Notes: a model not told the origin generated them from the sequence alone. A stretch of DNA of 52,306 nucleotides, filler included, from Squatina squatina (GCA_031763465.1; 3 parts of 3 records of this genome joined end to end with filler, not necessarily neighbours in it), one strand, 5' to 3'. Positions 1-12,559 are shown, counted from the whole stretch's first letter. A program made the numbers and translations.

Positions 1-1599
1 CTCCTGCCACCCGAAGTCCCAGTCCCAACCACCGGCCAGACAGTGGACCTGGCCAGGTTTGAGTGGGAGTCCAAGGAAACTTAATGAAATGAGGTCCGGC
101 CGTTAAAATCAGGGCCACAAATTTAGACCCAGAATTTCCCAGAGACTGTATTGAAAGTCTACACCTGCCCGATTTGGAATATGGCCGTCCAGCTTTTTGC
201 ACAGTATGCCAGCTATTATTAGAAATTAAATCTTCCCCTCCTCCTTAAAAAGGCAATGGTAATGTCTCTTTTAACAATTAAACATGATCTGAGCCATACA
301 GACCATATTCGGAGGTCACAAACAATTCAGAACTCAGCAATATGCTAGAGGCTGTGATGCCTGCTGGTAATATTGGGAGCTGATTAAGGATGGCTCAGGG
401 TTTATTACCCTTTTCACATCACTTTATATCAGGGCTATTCTGGAATTGCAACATTACTTATCCATTGATCCATTAAGGTTGCTAATCATTTTAACTTTAA
501 TCCTCACTAATGACATTTTCAAAGTGCTGTTCAAAGACATCCAGAAAGTGGTGTAAATTATTTGACCTGAGGGTATGGGAGTTTTTAACACTACCTGAGC
601 CTGTTACAAACCCAGTTAGCACAAACCTCTGCTCATTGCAGGAACACCTGTTCATTTGGTACCAGTTCCGAATCTAGCCTTCACACCCATCTGTCAGTTC
701 ACAGCAATTGGAAACCAACATGCACTGGTCTCTGTGAGCTTCTGACAGAACAACATTTAAACGTGTCGCAAGTTCTGAAGTCAGTCTGTTAGGGCAAGCA
801 GCTGAGCAGCAACACTTGACAAATGCATTACTCCATCTGAACTAAAGGTCAAGCAGAAATTCTGCAGGGATTTCAGCCGGTAAACCAATATGTGTGGGTG
901 ATAGCTATAGTTCTGAATGTCANNNNNNNNNNNNNNNNNNNNNNNNNNNNNNNNNNNNNNNNNNNNNNNNNNNNNNNNNNNNNNNNNNNNNNNNNNNNNN
1001 NNNNNNNNNNNNNNNNNNNNNNCTCTCTGGGCTTGCCCACAGCAAATGACCACTTGACTGAAATACCAAATGACTGTTTATGCCCATCAAATGAGGCAGC
1101 ACCTTTAAGGCAGGAAGGGAAAAAGCGGTGGGTTGAGAGGGGCAAAATCAAAGCGGCACTTCGAATACAGGTACAATGTCCCTGTAATGTTAATACACAA
1201 AATATTTAGTGTGTCACTTTACATTAGATTGTAAACTTTTAAGCAGCTATGTTTGGAGATTTGTATTCAGTAAGGGAGGAAATGACCTTCGAGCCCATAC
1301 TTCTCTGTTTCGTTCTGTAAAGCTGTCCTTTGGGAATGTAATAATACCGGATCAGATAAAAGAGCTTTCAGAATTTCAGAGCCCAGCATTTAACACAGCA
1401 AATAAATTATGGGCCTCTGTGACATTATTGTATGCATCAAATCCATTTCTTCCTTCCAGATTTAGATTATATCAAAGATAATTGTACCGGTACTAATTTT
1501 ATCAAAAGGTGATTGATTGCTGGTAAGATATTATGATTTTTTTTCTCCAAATCTGGCTGCGTTATTTTTAGATTAAATGATCAATTTTCCTTTCAACAG

Positions 1600-1707
1600 A
1601 AGCACCAGGTCTTCCGCCCAAGTCCTGAAACAAGTCACAGCTTTGAACCATTTGCGCGCTCACACACACACACAAAAGCATTAGGAGACATATCCCAAGC
1701 ATTAGAG
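1600..1707 (+). CDS. Candidate internal coding exon of an unidentified gene (KHQVFRPSPETSHSFEPFARSHTHTKALGDISQALE)
   Basis: Pyrimidine-rich acceptor (tcaattttcctttcaacAG) and donor GAG|GTATGA. The exon is 108 bp, phase 0/0 and open in frame. No homology recognised. Confidence 0.3.
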
Positions 1708-2873
1708 GTATGAAAAGCTGCAAGAAGGGTAACAACACTGCATTTATATGGCACTCCTTGCATACGGACCATGTCACGCTTTGCAATATGGAGGATACCA
1801 AGCAGGGCGAAAGGGGAGGGCAATGGAGGAGTGGATACAAATCTAAAGGCCCAGTCCAAGCAGGAGATTTTGAGGCGGTTCGAGAAAGCAGGGACGTAGC
1901 AAGGAGGAGGGCACTNNNNNNNNNNNNNNNNNNNNNNNNNNNNNNNNNNNNNNNNNNNNNNNNNNNNNNNNNNNNNNNNNNNNNNNNNNNNNNNNNNNNN
2001 NNNNNNNNNNNNNNNTACACGAGTACATAAAACTCTCTTATAAAGACATTAATATAGAAAAATTGATCTGTTCTTTCAAGTTCATAATCCTTAGTGGCCT
2101 TTGGAGAGGATTATTTATAACAGTATATTTACGAGGGCAACATAGTTTGAATCACTTCAGTGTTTGTTTTCTGATACTCTCGTTTCAAGGACCCTGCTGT
2201 CAGTGTTACTGGTACGAACAGAAAGAAAAATACATAATTTGCACTTGTACTTGAAACCTTGATGTGTAAATTAATGCAATGTCCTTGTAAAACTAAACAG
2301 TGAATTGTCATGGAAACGGACAGAGTTCAGCTCTGAACATATTGCTAACTGCTGTGTTAATCAAAGTCACTGACGTCAAACTTTCCCAGTTTGTGGTTGA
2401 CTAGCTGGATATGAATCAAGATAAATGAATAATTTACTAGAGGGCTGAGGTACAATGACCCAAATATTTTCTACTCTTCTCTACAGTGCGTAACTAAAGG
2501 GTCAAGCAGATTAACAGGAATCCAATACCACTCTGAAATGGGCCAATGGGAGGCACTAGTACACTGTCACCTGACTGTCAGGGATAAACATATCTCCTCT
2601 AGCCCAATCTTCAAAAAAATAATCCCCACAAACTTCTAAATATCCAAGTTACAAAGCCACTAGGGTAGACAAGGTACTATGTGATAGGATACACAGTTAC
2701 AATGATTCCACGCACAGAGTTCTGTGTGGACAAGTGCTTGAATGAATTCAGAAGTGCAGTTCGACCCACCCACACCATCACAACGTGCACCCCGCCCCTC
2801 CCCACCCCCTGACTCACCCTATGAAGGAAATTATGAAAATGTCTTCGATAGCTCAGCATGTACATATACTACC

Positions 2874-2955
2874 GCCAGAAATCCAGGGCCCGGGAACATT
2901 CCCATTTATTTACCAGAAATTCAAGGCCCAGGAACATTCCCTTTTATTTACCAGG
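2874..2955. repeat. Imperfect tandem duplication, unit about 38 bp
   Basis: ccagaaatccagggcccgggaacattcccatttattta is followed by ccagaaattcaaggcccaggaacattcccttttattta, then ccagg. Confidence 0.8.
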
Positions 2956-3581
2956 CTGTCACAGGCCAAAAAAGTTCCCTTTTGTTTACCAGATGCCAGG
3001 TTTCATTTGACATCTGATACAGCGCCAGCCTAGATTATCTGCTGAAATTCTGGACTAGGGCTCAAATTAACTCAAAAGCACAAGTGCTAACAACTAAGCC
3101 AAGGGGACACTTCAAAGGAGCAAATATATTTCCCTCCCTCCCCCCACTATCGAATCCCTTATCAATTGAGCATAATTCCAACAAAGTCCTATGTTGTCAG
3201 TCAATATTTTAAAAAATATTGACAGATGTAATATAAAGGAATTTTTAAGCAATAACTGCACATTTATAACATACCAAAAATCTTGTCTGCATGCACTGCA
3301 GTTAGCTTTATCCATTATAAATTCCTATATCCTAGTTTGTGATGGAAACTCCCTATGCAAACTTGTCACACCATAATTACACCCTGCCTCAGTGGAGTCC
3401 CTGCAGCACCATCACCAACAGGAGGGTGTCATTGTAGCCAAACAAGTTTACACAGGCAGTTTCCATTTCAAATGTAGATATNNNNNNNNNNNNNNNNNNN
3501 NNNNNNNNNNNNNNNNNNNNNNNNNNNNNNNNNNNNNNNNNNNNNNNNNNNNNNNNNNNNNNNNNNNNNNNNNNNNNNNNN

Positions 3582-3658
3582 GGGCAAAAATTCAACTAAG
3601 CAAAGGGCAAAGACAAATTCAAACAGATTTTGCCATCCGTCAGCAATGAGCAAGGCTC
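3582..3658 (-). CDS. Candidate partial exon encoding a hydrophobic peptide (GALLIADGWQNLFEFVFALCLVEFLP), truncated by a gap
   Basis: Acceptor gtttcAG. Only one of the three frames stays open up to the gap. No family recognised. Confidence 0.2.
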
Positions 3659-4267
3659 CTGAAACTTTTAAATAAAGACACATGCAGCTTGCCCAGTGAA
3701 TCCTTGTGCATTAGGCAGCAGGCATCTGCTGCTATCAGAGATGCACTATGTGTTTTACTATCATGTTAAATCACAGAGGTTGGTCAGTTCTAGAAATATA
3801 AATGGCAGATGGGGAGCATTGCAGGAGAAGGGTGACACCTCTTTGTCATCTCGCTCATTGACCTTCAGACAAAAACAAGATGATCGGTGAAGGGGGAGAA
3901 AGCAGTCACCTATGTGTCAAAATACATACCATAAGACCTCTGAGGAAAGGAGACAGAAGTAGATTCCACCAAAGAATCTCCTCAACTGAATTAAAATAAT
4001 CCTTTTACTCTTAAAGGGGTATTGTCCTCATGAAAACAATGCTTTGGCAAACTTTCTTTCCCTCTCTATTTCAAAAATAATAAGCAAGGGTGTAACTCTT
4101 AACAAGTACCACCATTGTTTCATAAAATTAGTGCCCCTTTAAGAATAATGGTGGGCTATATTGGGCAAGTAATGATACCCACAGCTCACAATACAAAGAA
4201 AGCTTTTCAATTTTCTTGCGGAAAAGGGGACATTTTTTGAAAGGCAATCTTTTGATACAAGCGCTTA

Positions 4268-4730
4268 AGGGCCTGTATTTTAATGTTCAGCCGCTCCAGC
4301 AGCGGGGTTGGGGCAAGATAATGCGTGGGAAACCCGGAAATATGTGAAGTGCATCTACCAGTGGCTTTTTACCACAGCCACAGCATTAACATGATTTCTG
4401 GACTTCCCGACCAATTAGTATCAGCGAGCGGGATGATGACCTACATAACGCAATTTCAACTCCACTATTTAAAGGGGCACTCCAAACATGCATGTTGAAG
4501 CAGTTAGAGGTAGGAAGGAGAAAGAGTTGGAGCCATGGAAGATAGAATGTCAAAGGCTGCATCCCGTTTCAGCGGCACCTCCATGGATGTGTCGCTGGGG
4601 ACTTTGAGGGCCCAGAGGGATATATTGTTCCCGAGCAATGGGGGGAAGAAGGCGACTGGAGACACCAAGAAGCAATGTTCCCCCAATTTATTATGGGTGT
4701 GCGGCCCCTTTAAGCGGCTAAATGGCCCAT
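4268..4730 (+). mobile_element. Degenerate PIF/Harbinger-type DNA transposon derivative carrying the 5' part of a Myb/SANT-like ORF
   Basis: GC/CpG-rich island. The peptide from 4535 (MEDRMSKAASRFSGTSMDVSLGTLRAQRDILFPSNGGKK) resembles the N-terminus of Harbinger-associated Myb/SANT-like proteins (pattern A.RFS..S...L......R..LFP). TATA-like tatttaaa near 4466. Weak gggc...gccc termini. Confidence 0.5.
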
Positions 4731-4858
4731 CACAGTTTTGTGCATGCACGGAATTTAANNNNNNNNNNNNNNNNNNNNNNNNNNNNNNNNNNNNNNNNNN
4801 NNNNNNNNNNNNNNNNNNNNNNNNNNNNNNNNNNNNNNNNNNNNNNNNNNNNNNNNNN

Positions 4859-4900
4859 CACAAAGCAAGCTCCCACAAACAGCAATGTGATAATGATCAG
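4859..4900 (-). mobile_element. Fragment of a Deu-domain SINE (SacSINE1-like)
   Basis: gcaagctcccacaaacagcaatgtgataatga matches the copies at about 29597, 43086 and the reverse complement at 6613-6645. Confidence 0.75.
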
Positions 4901-5054
4901 GTAAATTTAAACTTAAGATTACATTTGGATTCAGCTTCAGATTCATGATCCCACTTCCCGCTTTGTTTGAACTGGATAGTCTGATCTTTGAGTTGGTTAT
5001 AGTGTATCACAAAATACAATTAAACATTTACCTCATAACAGATACCAAAGGGCC

Positions 5055-5331
5055 CTAAATTTCAGTCTTCTCTTCAGAACATATTGGACTCTTTGGATGA
5101 TTTATCAAATCCACAGTTGAGTTTGTTCTACGATGTTGTGCTCTGAATGGTGAGCTGCGGTCGTCGGGAATGTGGGTGACGGGACTGAGGTTATAATGCT
5201 GTAGCTCTACCTCCAACCCCCACTCATTCAAGTGCAACTTCCCCACTGGCAATGCAGGATGAAGGAATTGGCTCATCATTTTTTCATAGTGATGGTTACA
5301 CATGAGAAAAGTAGGCCTGACAAAATGATTT
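5055..5331 (-). CDS. Candidate terminal exon of an unidentified gene (...PTFLMCNHHYEKMMSQFLHPALPVGKLHLNEWG...EEKTEI*)
   Basis: Open frame of about 100 codons in non-repeat DNA, with possible acceptors (catttttgtcAG near 5317, or tcgcatAG). It lies downstream of another candidate minus-strand exon. No homology recognised. Confidence 0.2.
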
Positions 5332-5634
5332 GGGTCTATGTTGAGATCACTATGCGAAAGTTAAATCTCCTGGAGGCACCATGCCTGGTTCAGCAAGAAT
5401 GTCGATTCCAAATGAAGTAGTCATAGGAAAAAATAATTTTGACCAGAAGGAAATTATCCCAGGCTATTGCCAACGTAGATTTAAACAAGTGCCCATCGCT
5501 TGACCATGCTGGCAGCATGAGTCAGGCTGCCTACGCCATTTTAGTGTGAGTAAAATATGCCTGCTTGCCACTGAGTTTTATTTCAGTATGTATATTATTG
5601 ACCATCCAGTTTTCAAATGATTTCTAAAGCAAGG

Positions 5635-5777
5635 TTAAAAAAATCCTCTTTTAGAATAATATATCAATACTGCCTTGAGCTTCTTTACAAAAGGAGTGGA
5701 GGTATCACACTTCGAAGGATATTCTTCAAACAGCATGTCTTTAAAATTTCCTCTTATTCCAAACAAATCCTGAGGTA
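5635..5777 (-). CDS. Candidate exon of an unidentified gene (PQDLFGIRGNFKDMLFEEYPSKCDTSTPFVKKLK...)
   Basis: Good acceptor (tgttgcatttgcatgctttcAG). Only one frame is open after it and the peptide has protein-like composition. The 3' boundary is unclear. Confidence 0.25.
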
Positions 5778-6317
5778 CTGAAAGCATGCAAATGCAACAC
5801 AGTGAAACTCCCCTTCTGTTCTCATTGTGAGCAATTGATTGGTTCAATAGCAATATCAAGGGGCAGTTGTCCTGCAGCTACTGATCTGAGTCCAGTATCT
5901 GCCAACTACAGTGGGCAGACAGCAGTCCTTTGTTGAACTGCAGATTGATCTCAATATGGCTGGCAGCAAGTGCGGTGACAACAATGGCTAATTTATTTAG
6001 GACTGTCTATCTTGCCCTGACATTATAATAATTCCATTTGAAGCTTCATAAGTTCCCAAAAGGTCTTAGGGACCATCTCAGCACTTCAATGCCATTGGCA
6101 TGAAGGTCCAACACCCAAATTCTGCTGCAATATTGTGTGTGGATGAGCACCCACATTCTTTGTACTGATGCAAAAGTGGCAGCATAACTGTATCCTTGAG
6201 AGGCATACATAACTGAGAGACTGGAGGGAGAGCAATGCCTAATGGAACCAGGGATATCCACCAGTAGATCTACAACCAACGTGAGAGCAATTCTTTAAAG
6301 TAGAGTGTCAGCTTTGG

Positions 6318-6775
6318 AGTGGTTCAAGAGAGGGTAGCACAATCGCCTCTGAGTCAGACGGTGTGGGTTCAAGTCCCACTCCAGAGACTTGAGCACAAAA
6401 ATCTAGGCTGAAACTCCAGTGCAGTGCTGAGGGAATGCTGCACTGTCGGAGGTGCCTTCTTTCAGATGAGACATTAAACTGAGGCCCTGTCTGCTCTCCC
6501 AGGTGGACGCAAAAGATCCCATGGCACTATTTCGAAGATGAGCAGGGGAGTTATCCCTGGTGTCCTGGCCAATATTTATCCCACAGTCAACACAACAAAA
6601 ACAGATTATCTGGTCATTATCACATTGCTGTTTGTGGGAGCTTGCCGTTTGCAATTTTGTTGCTGCATTTCGTATATTATAACAGTGACCAGTGACTTCA
6701 AAAGTACTTTATTGGCTGTAAAGCACATTGGGACATTTGGAAGTTGCTATATAAATGCAAGTCTTTCTTTTTTCT
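6318..6775 (+). mobile_element. Near full-length tRNA-derived Deu-domain SINE (SacSINE1/AmnSINE1-related) with L2-type tail
   Basis: Pol III B-box gggttcaagtccc (6365-6377), body gatcccatggcactatttcgaag...ctggccaatatttatccc, and tail gctatataaatgcaagtctttc. Several other copies occur in the window. Confidence 0.85.
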
Positions 6776-9224
6776 TTAGTAATTGGAACAGTTAAGGTGG
6801 AATCAGACATTTGTNNNNNNNNNNNNNNNNNNNNNNNNNNNNNNNNNNNNNNNNNNNNNNNNNNNNNNNNNNNNNNNNNNNNNNNNNNNNNNNNNNNNNN
6901 NNNNNNNNNNNNNNCATCTCGCCCTATTAACATATCCTTCTAATCCTTTTCTTCCTCCTGTTTATCTAGTTTCCTCTTAAATTTGCCTATGACAATTGCC
7001 TCAACCACTCCATGTGGTGGCGAGTTCCACATTCTCACCATGTACTGCATACCTGCTATGCATTGCCAGCATTCCTGTTTAATTTCAAATTCCCATTTGA
7101 GGGGTTTTCATTTTATCTCCATTTCCTCCATATCAAATGCTTCTGGCACCAAGACAAAAAGTTGTCACTGGGTTGACAGATCTCACTTGTCATGTTATTG
7201 TGCCAATAAACCAACACAAATGATCTGTGTGATGATTTGTGAACGTTGACAAGTGACCTTGCCCAAATGTGATGTTACCATTTTCCCGCACTGTGCAAGG
7301 ATTTTGCAGTCTGTGTTGATGAGGGAGATGACTGTGTAATTTGCACATGTCAGTGGATCCCTTCCTGTTTCCAGTATAATTAAGATAATTTTAAGATAGA
7401 GGGATTCTGACAGAGAGCCTTTATCTTACTTATCATTTAAAAAAACTGGTAATGATGGCATTTATAGAAAGTCAATGACATTTGAAGCNNNNNNNNNNNN
7501 NNNNNNNNNNNNNNNNNNNNNNNNNNNNNNNNNNNNNNNNNNNNNNNNNNNNNNNNNNNNNNNNNNNNNNNNNNNNNNNNNNNNNNNNACCTCACTAAAA
7601 TGGTGTCTGGCGGGGACCAGCACTAGAAGTTTGCGCGTGCGGCACGGATGCCAATTTGGACCTAAAACTGCACCCGTAGCACCTAAATAGGAGGCATTAC
7701 AAAGCCAAATTTCACAACATTAGTCTTCTTCTGCACAGTGGAAGCCGAATGCCTGGGTATTGTAATAAGAAGATAAGAAAACGGATAGATGGTATCCTGC
7801 ACTAATATTCCTCAAATCATGATTCAATCAGTGATGTGTTTGGGCATTCACTTAAATTCAGTTTTTGTGCTATGTAAGCTTGGGGAGAATGAACCATCCA
7901 CTGATTGTACTGAGTTGCTGTTGAGGGCAAGGGTGAAAAGCTACACTGGACATCGGTTCAATTCAAACTTGCTGATGGATCGTGCTTTCTTTTTGTGCAT
8001 TACACAAGATCCAAGATTTGATGCTAACACTGGGTGTCACATAGAAAAATGTTCCATATCCCAGCATTGTGATTGCTGCTCTGGATGATCACGTACCCGC
8101 ACACAGCACATACATATCACATTCCTATTATTAGTCTTAAATGAAATAGTTTTATGGAGGAACTAGTGCACAGTGAAGCATGCATGTTCCTGTCAGTGCT
8201 CAGCTCACTATGTTTTCAACAGAGCATAAGCACAGATTGTATACCTTTGTTCCCAAATGCAGTCAGCATCATTACAGTCTGCTCACAGCTAATATTTAAC
8301 AAGGCTCAAAGCTATTTTGATAAATGACCCCAGGATCTTCTGTATTTCCAAAAATCTCCCAGGATTTCAATCAAATTTGTTGAGCTTACTCTCTGTGTAA
8401 CTTTTGACTGCTGGTACAATTTAATTTGGTGATTCTGTCTTAAAAGGTTTGTCAGACATTACGTTACAATTGTGGCAGCTTATTCAATTTTTCACAAGAT
8501 GTCATGAATATGATTTATGTTTCTCACTCTTTTCCTCTGGGTTTTATTTTTGTGGGCATTCTTTTGTATCCTAAGGCCATAGCATCGTTTTTTTTTATTC
8601 AAGCCAAGCATTTCTGTNNNNNNNNNNNNNNNNNNNNNNNNNNNNNNNNNNNNNNNNNNNNNNNNNNNNNNNNNNNNNNNNNNNNNNNNNNNNNNNNNNN
8701 NNNNNNNNNNNNNNNNNCAGTGTTCAATTCCATTTGAAGTTCATCAGATAAAGCAGCTGAAAATAGTTGGGCCTAGGATACCGCCCTGAGGAACTCCTGT
8801 AACGATATCCTGGGTTTCAGATGCTTGGCCTCCAACGACCACAACCATCTTCCTTTGTACTAATTAAGACTCCAGCCAAACATTTGTTGATGTTTTTAAA
8901 GCTACAAAAATCGGAACAGAACAGAATTAACTTGTAAAGACTATAATGCAACAAACTGTTATAGGAATAAAAGAAACAAGCCATAAATGTTGCTCTGTCA
9001 TCAGGTTGTTATCCAGGTCTTTTGAGGACCCAATATTGGCTTTTATTTCAATCATTTTCTTATCCAAACCTTAAATTGTCCACTCTTTGCTAAATGGGAA
9101 ATTCATCGCGCTTAAGTCAAATTAAAAGTTAATAAAGCACATCACTGNNNNNNNNNNCTGCACAGGCTTCCATTAATAATCAATTCTAGAGGGGAGCAGA
9201 AACATATCTTGCTAAGCAAAGAAA

Positions 9225-9570
9225 GGATTCACACTGCCCTTTCACCTCTGGTAGCTGGGTTCAAATTAGCCCAGAGTGATGAAATCGGCACCCATTCCCT
9301 CTTGTAAGGGTCCTATTTTAATGAGTTTGGGTAGGCCCAGTTGAGTTTGTAGTGGGCATAGGGCCCACAACAGAAAGCTGTCTTTAATTTAGCAATAATT
9401 GCTAATGGTGCAGAAGAGGGTGCTCATCTGAGGGTACATCTGAGGCTCATTATTGGGGGCAGAGTAGAGGGAGTCGTATGCTACAGCTAGCCATACTGTG
9501 CCTGACCTGGATCCCTAAATGGAAAGTGATCCAGTCCCGAGCACTCACATCCCTGACCTTGGCAACTATA
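9225..9570 (+). mobile_element. LF-SINE-like ancient SINE relic
   Basis: Collinear motifs matching the recalled LF-SINE consensus: cctttcacctct, ggttcaaat, gcccag, aatgagtt, ccagtt..tagtgg, tgaggc.catt, gggcagagtagaggg. A related copy lies at 18310-18520 (-). Confidence 0.55.
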
Positions 9571-12559
9571 TAAAAAAACAAAAGATTCATAAATTAAAAC
9601 AGGGATACGTTACAAAAATATTACTGATTGAGTTGCAACATTTTGCATCTTGATGACAAAGCTCTTTTATTGATAATCAACCCTTCATCTTTGAACTACT
9701 TCTCATTTATTATTACATTTCCAGAGCAATAATGCAAGGGTTAATTGTGCAGCGATTAATAATAGAAAAGTTTTGAATAGTAATCACGGGGAAATGAATA
9801 ACCTGGGAATATAGTATTCTTCTGGTAAACACAAATGCAATGGGCACAGATGGGAAATTGTTTTTTTTTCAATTAAGACAATATCAATAGATTAACTTTT
9901 TCAGATATACATAAATATTTACTGAAAGAAATCAGAAGGCAAACATAGCCATCTGTCTCAAAAGGCAATTTAATCCTACACAATGTGCTTATTTTAAATG
10001 GTATCATTCATATTACTAATTGCACACTGAGATTAGTAATATTAGTGCTGAGAAGGGGAACACTTTCCCACTTCAGCTACTCGTGCCTTTGCTTTCCTCC
10101 TTGCGCTGTTTTTAATGCACTGGTTAACGCAATTGCATGTAATGCTGTCTGTCGTGTTTTAATGCATCACTAACTGGTATATAAATTGGATAACAGCTGA
10201 GTTAGTGCAAACAGGAATTTATATGAATGCATTAATCAACGTGCTGAAAAGGTACAGAGGGGAAATGAAAGCCACCAGTTCCAGCATAGTGTTTCTAGGT
10301 CAGGTATACCACAATCAGGCAAAGATTAAGGGGCCGAACTTGCATATTGCCCCGTGTGGGGGGCGGTAACCTCTCCGAGGTTGGACATTCTGCGTCTTGC
10401 GCAGAAGTCCCACCCCGGAAGCGAAATTGGGCTTACCACCCATGGCAGTAAGTGGAGTGCAATGTCAGGTGCTCCATTTCCTCTCGGGACAAGCTTGGGG
10501 GCGCTACCCGGGTGAACGTCGGNNNNNNNNNNNNNNNNNNNNNNNNNNNNNNNNNNNNNNNNNNNNNNNNNNNNNNNNNNNNNNNNNNNNNNNNNNNNNN
10601 NNNNNNNNNNNNNNNNNNNNNNCTCCATCCATTATAACACGAACTGTCAGTCCGAGGGGGGCAGTTAGTGGGAGATGGGATTGAGGGAGAACACCCCACC
10701 CCAACCCACCTAAAATAATTAGAGACCTGTCAAACCTCAAACTCCCAGTGACAGTCCCAGCATTTTATTGGAATTGGTTTCACATCTGTAACTCTACAAT
10801 GGATTTCAAATTTCCCAGTATTTCTGGAAAATGTCTGCCCCACAGGTAACACTGAGATTAATTCCCCAACTCTGCACCCCTCCCCCAAGATTCGGAGACT
10901 GTGGGGGAGAGATTGGACCACGGTGCGCTTATTTTCCAGGCAGAAAACGGAGGCATAAAGGTTCAATTTCATGGGGCTACGTCCCACACCCCAAGGACCA
11001 AGGACTTCCGAAAGATATCTGACCCCATATTGGGTCAGGATGTTTTTTAGGCATCCCTGGCAGCCGCCTAAATCAGGCGTTCGGCCCATTAAGGCCTACT
11101 CCGTTCAGCATTACTTGGCCTTCATGCGGTTTAACCTTAAAGGGACCGCTGGAGGCTGGCACCAAAAAGATAACTTTTATTAAATAGATTTTATTAATAT
11201 GGAGCCAGAAGGTGCAGGAGTGATCCTCCCTGCTCCATATTATAAATGCAGACTGGCGCCGAACATCATTTTATTTCTCTCGGTCGACCCCACCCCGATG
11301 TATCAATTGCCATCAGCCTGATGTCCCAGTCCTCCCCCGCATCCTGCTCAACCCCTCCCCAGTTGCCCCCTACTCCTGTTTCCCATTCGACACCCTAAAC
11401 CATCGCTCTCTCTAATCTAAGCAGGTATCTGTGTTAATATAGGCACTTCTTGGGCATCGATCCATGAAATATGGCTTTGCCAGTTATTCAAAATCACTTG
11501 CTGTAACAAATCACTTGTCTTATTTCTTATTCTATCATTCAAATGTTAGGTTTCAATATGAAAATGAAAATTCCAGATGAGATTCACCAATTCGTGTGGA
11601 ATTTGAGGCAAGTTTAGTAATGTGGATTTACATCCACTGGGAGCTGGTGTAAGATTGCACATGTAAAACATATGCAAAAAGTAACCAATTAAGCAGCCTG
11701 TTAGCTCTGCTTTAGAGATGGAGGTGGGCTTACAATCAGATGTTCAGGAATTGTTACTCANNNNNNNNNNATGTATGCCCGTTCCGCGCTGATTTCGCGC
11801 TAAAAGTATACCCGTGAATTGGGCGCCCATAGTCTTTCCCTGCTGGACATGTGCAGGAGGAATCCTAGACTGACATCTCCTGTCTGAAGGAGGGATGAGT
11901 AGGATCACCTAAGCTGAAGGTGCAATGGCCCACACCATCCAACTATCAATGAGTAATATTCTCTCACCACGCTGCACTCACTCAGAGAGCCGCAAACACA
12001 ACTGTCAGAAGCAGCACCTGCCCCACTGCACATCCACCATAACTTACTTCACTGGCTAATGAAGATGAAATAAGCTGTCAAAACAGCACATTTTATGCAG
12101 CACCAGAACTGATAGTGAGCAGAAATTAAGTACATATTCTTTCTGTGTAAAAGTAGCAAAATGTGGATTTCTACCTCCACTCCATCATCTCCATTTGGCA
12201 GGTAGATGGTGGATATAGAGCNNNNNNNNNNNNNNNNNNNNNNNNNNNNNNNNNNNNNNNNNNNNNNNNNNNNNNNNNNNNNNNNNNNNNNNNNNNNNNN
12301 NNNNNNNNNNNNNNNNNNNNNAGTATGAAGGAGGGGCTAAGGGGAGAGTAAGGGTAGAGAGATGAGGATTTAACCTCCAAATCTGACCAATGGTTGAAAA
12401 ATATACAAGACTGGTATTACAATATGAATCCCAGGACTCTGCGGGCTCTTGTATTGTATTGGAAGGAAGGGAATTCTAATTAATATGATTCTGATCATTG
12501 TCTCTTAGAATGAATAGGATTATCGGCCCCATGCAATAATAGTTTAAGAGCAAACAAAA

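Noticed and set aside
2742-3017. ORF with a proline-rich stretch and a YENV motif resembling a transmembrane immune adaptor
   Set aside because: There is an in-frame stop directly upstream and no pyrimidine-tract acceptor. The second half derives from a frame-shifting 38-bp duplication.
6330-6400. tRNA-like A/B boxes (also at 13835-13920 and 52045-52110) as tRNA genes
   Set aside because: They are SINE heads continuous with SINE bodies, and no complete cloverleaf is evident.
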